Below are positions 57,758 to 64,000 of a stretch of DNA of 64,000 nt, piece by piece. Below the pieces are notes generated by a model. The model was not told the origin of the DNA. It saw only the letters and a program-made list of their open reading frames with translations, and did not search any database. Every line of letters begins with the position of its first letter. The stretch's first letter is position 1. Source of the DNA: Rebecca billardiae RCC1528 (lineage: Eukaryota; Protista; Haptophyta); NCBI GenBank assembly GCA_965240325.2, contig OZ251252.1, forward strand, positions 310,001-374,000. Reading direction: 5' to 3'. The translations under genes and the position numbers were made by a program.

Positions 57758-59530
57758 TCAGCGCTGGCGGCCGAGCGCCATGCAGCCGCGCGCGTCGCAG
57801 CGCAGGCAGGCCGTCGCGCTCACGCCGTGCGTGAACGGTATCGTCCGGTGCGAGACCAGCCGCCAGCGCACCGCCGGCGGCGGCTCCGACTCCGAGTCTG
57901 ACGCCGGCGCTGCCGAGCCCGCGGCGGCGGCGGCATCCGCGGCCGCGCGCGCCGGCGGCGGCTCGGCCACCCAGCGCTGCGTGGCGAGGAGCGTCGTCAT
58001 CGCGCCCGCGGGCGCGGTGCCCGGCGCGGGCTTGGCCGGGTACTCGTAGCAGCTCGTCACGCCCTCAATCAGCATGGCCGCCGCGCCCTCGCCTTGCTCA
58101 GCCAGCATGGCCGCCGCCGGCGCACCCGGCTCATTGCCGCCACCGGCAGCGGCGCCGGCCGCGCGCGCGCCCGCGCCCGCCGCCTGCCGCCGCTCAAGGA
58201 CGACGGCGTCGGTGCCGCCGATGCGCAGCCCGACGGTGGCGCCGTCGGCGAGCACGGCGTCCCAGCCGTCCAGCCGCCCGCCGCCGTCCGGCACGTCCAC
58301 GCCCGCCGCGAGCCGCACGCTCTCAGCCGCCCACAGCGCCGCGAGCGCGCGCTCGTCTGCCGACGCGAGCGCGGCGTAAAACTGCGCCTGTGCTTCGGCG
58401 AGCGAGCGCTCGAGGGCGTCGGCGGGCGGCGCGCCCCGCGGCGTGGTGCGCTGCGCCCACGCCTCCGCCGGCGGCAGCGGCTCCGCCGGGCCGTACTGGC
58501 TGCCCAGAAGCTCGTCCAGCGCCAGGCTGCGTAGCCCCGGCGCCGAACCGACGGAGCGACCGCGCCGGCTTAGGGCGACCCACGCGCCGCGCTCGCCCAG
58601 CTCGCGCAGCGCGGCGTCGGCGTCGGCGTCGTCGGCGGCGGCGTCCGCGGCGGGGGCGGCGGCGGTGGCGCCCGGCGGCTCCGCACCCGCCTCGCCCGCC
58701 GCGAGCCCGCCCAGCGTGCGCAAAAACCGTCGCCACTGCCGCGGCGCTGCCGCGATGCCGAGCCACGGCGCGCCGCGCGCCCAGTCCGCGCCGTCCAAAA
58801 GTCCGGCCGCCGGGTCGGCGCTCCCGGACTGGGCGCCGCCCGCCGCGCCGACGGGCACGGCGACGAGCACGACGCCCGCGTCCGCCAGCCGCGTGCGGTA
58901 CGCGCGCGCGCGGTCCACCGCCTCGCGCACCAGCGCGGCGGAGCCGATGAGCAAAACAGCGCCGCGGCGCTCGGCGCGCAACCCGCCGATCGGAACGGTC
59001 CGGCGCACGATGCCGTCGTCGAGGCGGACGGGGAGGTCGCGCAGCTGGTACTCGCGCTCGAGCCGGACGAGCTGCGCCGTGCGCCGCCCGCGCTCCCGCG
59101 CGAACAGCGCCGCCGAGCCCAGCGCGCCCGCGCCGCACGCCGCGCGGCCGGCCGCCGCCTGCAGCGGCCCCGTGAGTAACGTGGGTACGTCGTCGGCGAG
59201 CGCGGGCGCGAGCGCGAGGGCGAGGGCGAGGAGCGCCCACAGCAGGATGCGCAGCGGCTCGGACTGGTTCGTGTTCTCGTACTGCAGCAGCACGTCGCGC
59301 CGGAACGAGCGCCCGGACAGCACGTCCAGCTGAGAGCGCGTCACGTCAAACCCGTCGTCGTCGTCCGCGCCGCCGGCCGCGCGCGCCGCGGCGCGCGGCG
59401 CGGAGGCGGCGGGGCGCGCGAGCCAAAGGGGGCGAGGGAGGGCCGTGCGCGCGCGCGCCGGCGTGCGCGCGCCGAGCGACGGCGCGAGCGCCACGACCAG
59501 CGCGCCGACGCACGCGATCAGCGCGGGCAT
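57758..59530 (-). CDS. LPA1 (DUF3493)-like plastid membrane protein fused to a C-terminal SnoaL/NTF2-like domain, 590 aa
   Basis: Signal plus transit-like N-terminus. LPA1-like: FRRDVLLQYE..EPLR, two TMs, QLVRLERE..LRDLPVRL..LR..VLLIG..YRTRLADAGVVLVAVP. SnoaL-like: AQAQFYAAL..LAALW..GRLDGWDAVL..HRTIPF. Confidence 0.65.
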   Translation of the reverse strand: MPALIACVGALVVALAPSLGARTPARARTALPRPLWLARPAASAPRAAARAAGGADDDDGFDVTRSQLDVLSGRSFRRDVLLQYENTNQSEPLRILLWALLALALALAPALADDVPTLLTGPLQAAAGRAACGAGALGSAALFARERGRRTAQLVRLEREYQLRDLPVRLDDGIVRRTVPIGGLRAERRGAVLLIGSAALVREAVDRARAYRTRLADAGVVLVAVPVGAAGGAQSGSADPAAGLLDGADWARGAPWLGIAAAPRQWRRFLRTLGGLAAGEAGAEPPGATAAAPAADAAADDADADAALRELGERGAWVALSRRGRSVGSAPGLRSLALDELLGSQYGPAEPLPPAEAWAQRTTPRGAPPADALERSLAEAQAQFYAALASADERALAALWAAESVRLAAGVDVPDGGGRLDGWDAVLADGATVGLRIGGTDAVVLERRQAAGAGARAAGAAAGGGNEPGAPAAAMLAEQGEGAAAMLIEGVTSCYEYPAKPAPGTAPAGAMTTLLATQRWVAEPPPARAAADAAAAAGSAAPASDSESEPPPAVRWRLVSHRTIPFTHGVSATACLRCDARGCMALGRQR

Positions 59531-59591
59531 GACGTCGCGGCGGCTGATTGCGCGCGAGGCGACCGCCGCGCGTCGAAGCAACGCGACTTCG

Positions 59592-62500
59592 CAGTCCGGG
59601 TCAAGTGCACGCTTCGCGAGATCTGAGCCTCGCGATGGCGTCGGCCGGGATGCGGCCCCGCAGCCGACGCCCCTCGGCGGAGGGGGCGCGGCGCCGCGGC
59701 GCGAGCGAGGAGGCGGCGACGAGGTGCGCGCCTGCACGCACCGGTCGTGTGTGGCCCTGCTCCGCGCCTCCGCGGCCAAGCAGCTGCACTCCCTCGCCCG
59801 CCCGCCCGCTCGCGCGTGTGGCGTGCGCGCGCGGGGCGGCCGCGCACCCTCGCGGGGTCGCGCGCGCGTGGCACGGCCGAGGGCGGCCAGGCGGGCGCCG
59901 CGCGCGGGGGGCGTGCGTATGACCCCAAAAGCCATCGCGCGCGCCCGGGCCACCGAGCCGGATACGGCCGCGTTGCGATTTCCGCAACCGCCAGACACGC
60001 GCGTGCTCAGAACGGCGCCCCCGGCCCCGCGCGCGCGCGCGACGCGCGCGCAGGGCGAGGGAGCGCCGCAGGGGCTGTTTCTGGCGCGGGCAAAGAGGGG
60101 CAGGTATAGCTGACTGCCACCATCTCTTCTGACCTGGCGGTGACGGTGGCAGGCTCGGCAGCGAGCTCGGCGGTCGGGTCGGCGGCTGTGCTGATGGCGG
60201 CGATGATGGTAGAGGGCTTGGTGGCGGAGATGTAGGCAGTGACGGTTGCGGGCTCGGCGGCGGGCTTGGTGGCGGCGACGTAGGCGGTGACAGTGGCGGG
60301 CTCGGCGACGGGCTCGGTAGCGGCGACGGTATGCAGCTGACCCGCCACCCACGGCCCGCGGCCGACGGGCCGCTTGCGGCTTGGCGGATGGCCAGAGAAG
60401 CAGACGGCCGGGCAGTCTGGGCGGCAGCGAGGGTGGTGGGGATGGACGCGGGCTCGGTGGCGGAAGCGGCAGAGGCGGGCTTGATCAGCGGGCTCGCGCG
60501 GCGGCCAGCATGGCTGGTTCGGCGCTGGCGATGGCGGTGGGAAGAGTCTGAAGGTCAAAGCCTCCTGGCCGGAGTAGCTCCGCGGGACTCCCTGCGTCAC
60601 CACGGGAGGGCTGAGTTCGTGAGGGAGATCGATCGGCGTCATCACCAGGCGGTCGATCTGGTAGATCGAGTTCCACAGCAGGAGCTGACGCCGCATGTTG
60701 CATATTAGCAGTCACGTAACGACAACCGTATAGTAGCCGTCTACTATCGCGGCTGCATCACTATCGTCGCGTCATCGTCATAATATCATTATTTTTATTC
60801 GATATCGTCTCGCGGCCCGGCAGCGGGCAGCATCCTCAGGCTCAGCTTCACAGTCGGCTGACGACTTGGCCATCAATCCTTGATAGATTGCGGTCCTTCG
60901 GCTGCGAGTGCCCGGCCAGCGCGCCCGGGGCCTGCTCCTGACGACACGCGACCTGAGACTGCCTGCCTGAGGCTCATGATGCTTATAATATTGCCGCATC
61001 CGAATGTTGGAGGCGCCCAGTGCGTGACGGCCGGTCGTTCTAGATAGATCCGCCGCACTAAGGCCGCACGGCCGGCCGCGGGGGTTCATTGCCATTGGGC
61101 CCGGCGGTGCGGGGCGGCACTGCCCGGCTGCCCACTGCTGACCCGAGGTCGCTCCGTCACGCGGCAATTTCAGGGATGCAATTCGCGCGGGCGTGGCACG
61201 GGTCTCTGCCCGCGTGGCATGCAGGATGAGGTAAGGCTGCCTGATGTGACTGACGTGGACCACTGACCAGGCCGCGGGAGCGCAGTATATCGCTGACGCA
61301 TCCCAGCAGAAACTTCAGGGGAACCCGACAATGACGGACTACTGATATGCTTCCACTGTAGCAGTGCTGCTCTACTTGCTCGTCATGAAGATCGACGACT
61401 CGTCGTGATCACTCGAGTCGTCAAGTGATAGTGATACGGACACCATATAGCCATCGCAGCACGCGCCGTTGCCGTTCGAATGCAGAATAAGTCGCACATT
61501 GTCCTGCTGACGGAGCGCATACGGTACTGAATGGCTGCTGCCGTGCAGCATGCAGTAACGTCTGGTGCAGTAATTAGCAACAGCCAGCACAGCAGGAGCT
61601 CAGATTGTGATGCTGGTACGCCGTATCATCAGCGCAGGCGCTTGTCCAAGTTGATGCCAGCGGGGCGGGTAGGACGCGGTTGACGAGTAATAGCCAGTGA
61701 CGAACTCTGCTGACGATGAGTCACGACGATGAATAGCAGGGCGGATGATGATGCTGCTGTGATCCGTACTCGTATAGGGATCTACACTTACAGCTAGCTA
61801 CTCATGACGATCGGACAACGCTGGCGGAGCACTAGCAGCCTACGGTCGCTGAGTAGTCTAAGTCAGTTCATATCAAACTCGACCAGACTGGGCAGCGACG
61901 ACCATCCCTCTCACGGACTCAGCCTTACTGAGGTGACGCAGCCATCCCGCAGAGCCCTGCTTCAGCATGTCCGGGCATCGGTGAGCCAGAGCCAAGCGGG
62001 TGGCCCGTGCGACAACATGGCAGCGTCAGCACCAACACCCAGAGCTTGGCCGCGCTGTGTCACCGCAAAGCTCTGACCGAGAGCGACAGTGACGCGGCGA
62101 TCCCGCCGCCGCGCCGCCGCCTCAGCCGTCTCACAGCCCGTCTTCGTCGGGCCGCCGAACCGTCCACCGAGCCAGCCACCGGTCTCCACCATCACTGAGC
62201 CACCGCCCGCAGCAGTCTACGTCCCGGCCAAGGCGCAGGCATCGGCCCGGCGTTTGAGCCTGCCAGCACGCCGGCCAGCGCTCTGATGCCGCGCGTCCTC
62301 GATACTGGTTGCCGAGCTGTCGCGCTGCCGTGCCCGGCAAGACACGTGGATCCGCTGCCGAGCATTCACCAGCCTCCGAACCCGCGCACGCCTCCGACCG
62401 GGGCATGCATGCACCGTCGATCTACCCAGCCGGAAGCAGCTCGACAGCCCCGCTGTGTGGCGCGCCTGCCGGTACGTCCGCTGCCTGCTCGAGGGCGAGC

Positions 62501-63604
62501 GCGCACCGCCTCGCCTGTCGACCACGACAGCACGCCTCGCGTGCACACTCTGACGGCGAGGCCCGGGATCCGGGCGGGCGATGGCACTACCCACGCCTCC
62601 GCCAAGTCTCGGCCTGGCCGAGGGGCGCAACACTGGCCGAGCCCTTGGCCCGGCGCGCCGCCGCCATCCTGTGCTGACAAGCCCAAGCCGTGCGCGGCAG
62701 GCATGCACGTGAGAGCGGCGATGGGCGGCGTTGCGCGGCGCCAGGAGGGCCAGGGGCATGTCAGACTCGACTCCGCCGCGTCGCGCGCGGCCAAGCGCGC
62801 GCTCTGCACCAGGGACGCGCGACGCGAGGCGGGCGCTGCGCACGCACGCGGCCATCCCGACCAGCGTCAAACGGGCGGCGCCAGCGGAGGGAGGTGGTGT
62901 CGTCAGACGAGAGCACCTCCCTCCGAACGAGAGCGCCTCCCAGTGGGAGGGACGTGCTCACGAGTACGAGTTCGGCTGTGCGCACTCTGTTCGCGCCGGC
63001 CGGCGGCGCACGGACAGACACACAGATCACGTCGGCTGGCAGCCAGCCGCTCTCTGACCAGGTCAGAAGAGATGGTGGCAGTCAGCTGTACCTGCCCCTC
63101 TTTGCCCGCGCCAGAAACAGCCCCTGCGGCGCTCCCTCGCCCTGCGCGCGCGTCGCGCGCGCACGCGGGGCCGCGGGGCGCCGTTCTGAGCACGCGCGTG
63201 TCTGGCGGTTGCGGAAATCGCAACGCGGCCGTATCCGGCTCGGTGGCCCGGGCGCGCGCGATGGCTTTTGGGGTCATACGCACGCCCCCCGCGCGCGGCG
63301 CCCGCCTGGCCGCCCTCGGCCGTGCCACGCGCGCGCGACCCCGCGAGGGTGCGCGGCCGCCCCGCGCGCGCACGCCACACGCGCGAGCGGGCGGGCGGGC
63401 GAGGGAGTGCAGCTGCTTGGCCGCGGAGGCGCGGAGCAGGGCCACACACGACCGGTGCGTGCAGGCGCGCACCTCGTCGCCGCCTCCTCGCTCGCGCCGC
63501 GGCGCCGCGCCCCCTCCGCCGAGGGGCGTCGGCTGCGGGGCCGCATCCCGGCCGACGCCATCGCGAGGCTCAGATCTCGCGAAGCGTGCACTTGACCCGG
63601 ACTG
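59592..63604. mobile_element. 4.0-kb non-autonomous DNA element with ~546-bp TIRs (59592-60137 / 63058-63604), CAGTCC termini and a 3-bp TSD (TCG)
   Basis: The arms are reverse complements with about 3 differences. TCG at 59589-59591 and 63605-63607. No transposase recognised inside. Confidence 0.85.
60138..60700 (-). pseudogene. Frameshifted Pro/Ser-rich (PPSPP, extensin-like) gene fragment carried inside the TIR element
   Basis: The minus strand reads PSPLPSPSPSPPLSPPTSPPPSPPPSPQPSLPTSPPPSP..SPP and runs into the TIR at a CAG|GTCAGA donor-like junction. No intact frame upstream. Confidence 0.5.
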
Positions 63605-63655
63605 TCGCGAGCGGCGCCCAGCGGCGAGCGGCCCTTCTCGCGGCGCCCGGTCAGG

Positions 63656-64000
63656 ATGGCCGCGCCCACGGCGTGGCTCTCGCACCTGCGCGCCAACCCG
63701 ATGCGCGCGTGGCTGTGCGCGTCGCTGTGCGCGGTGGCGCTGTACCTCGCGCTCGCGCTCGCGTACATGACGCGCGGCCTCCTCCTCCCGCGCGACGCGC
63801 CGCCCGCCCTCGAGCCCGACGTCCAATTCGTCGGCTCGACGCTGTCGGTTCTCTCGGCGGTCGCGAGCTTCGGCGCGTGCCGCGAGGCGTGCGCGGCGCG
63901 CGCGGGGTGCGTGGGCTGGTCGTACGAGGCGGTGGACACGGCGTGCTGGCTCAAGCGCCCCGGCTTCGCCCGCGTCGTGCACGCCGGCACCATCTCCGCC
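63656..64000 (+). CDS. Type II membrane protein with a PAN/Apple domain (5' part, truncated by the window edge)
   Basis: MAAPTAWLSHL..TM..LEPDVQFVG..GACREACAARAGCVGWSY..ACWLK..GTISA is the Cx3Cx5C..W..CWLK..ISG-type pattern. Confidence 0.8.
   Translation, partial: MAAPTAWLSHLRANPMRAWLCASLCAVALYLALALAYMTRGLLLPRDAPPALEPDVQFVGSTLSVLSAVASFGACREACAARAGCVGWSYEAVDTACWLKRPGFARVVHAGTISA

Noticed and set aside
1-64000. Hundreds of long Arg/Ala/Pro-rich ORFs in the six-frame track (for example 48470-51709 minus, 45974-47881 minus, 7565-9355 minus)
   Set aside because: These are shadow frames caused by stop-codon scarcity at very high GC. They overlap better-supported spliced genes and carry no motifs.

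Overview
Very GC-rich, intron-containing eukaryotic nuclear DNA. The gene content, (GC)n/(GT)n-filled introns and signal+transit-type presequence suggest a haptophyte alga, probably Pavlovales (inference). I reconstructed about 18 protein genes by hand, checking splice phases: APC1 3' end, GT47 glycosyltransferase, PLAC8, a BRO1-PH-NZF-U-box-UBA-WW-UBA-WW protein, a stand-alone bHLH-MYC_N/GAF-like protein, DUF1761, a secreted GT-like protein, a phage tail-collar (MdpB-like) gene, MTRR, RPL13A, a DPY30-like plus multi pseudo-adenylate-kinase protein, a SET methyltransferase, a multi-pass membrane CHAT (caspase-like) protease, beta-tubulin, a sulfatase, PLAA/Doa1, a homeobox gene, an LPA1-like gene and the 5' end of a PAN/Apple protein. 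Three young non-autonomous DNA elements each sit within about 130 bp of a start codon: a 1.1-kb element with 421-bp TIRs, a 4.0-kb element with ~546-bp TIRs, and a TA-flanked 3.3-kb element with 794-bp long terminal DIRECT repeats that each carry their own TIRs. The best novelty candidates are the membrane-anchored CHAT protease, the single-chain ESCRT/ubiquitin protein and the direct-repeat DNA transposon. All family assignments come from motif recognition; no database search was run.
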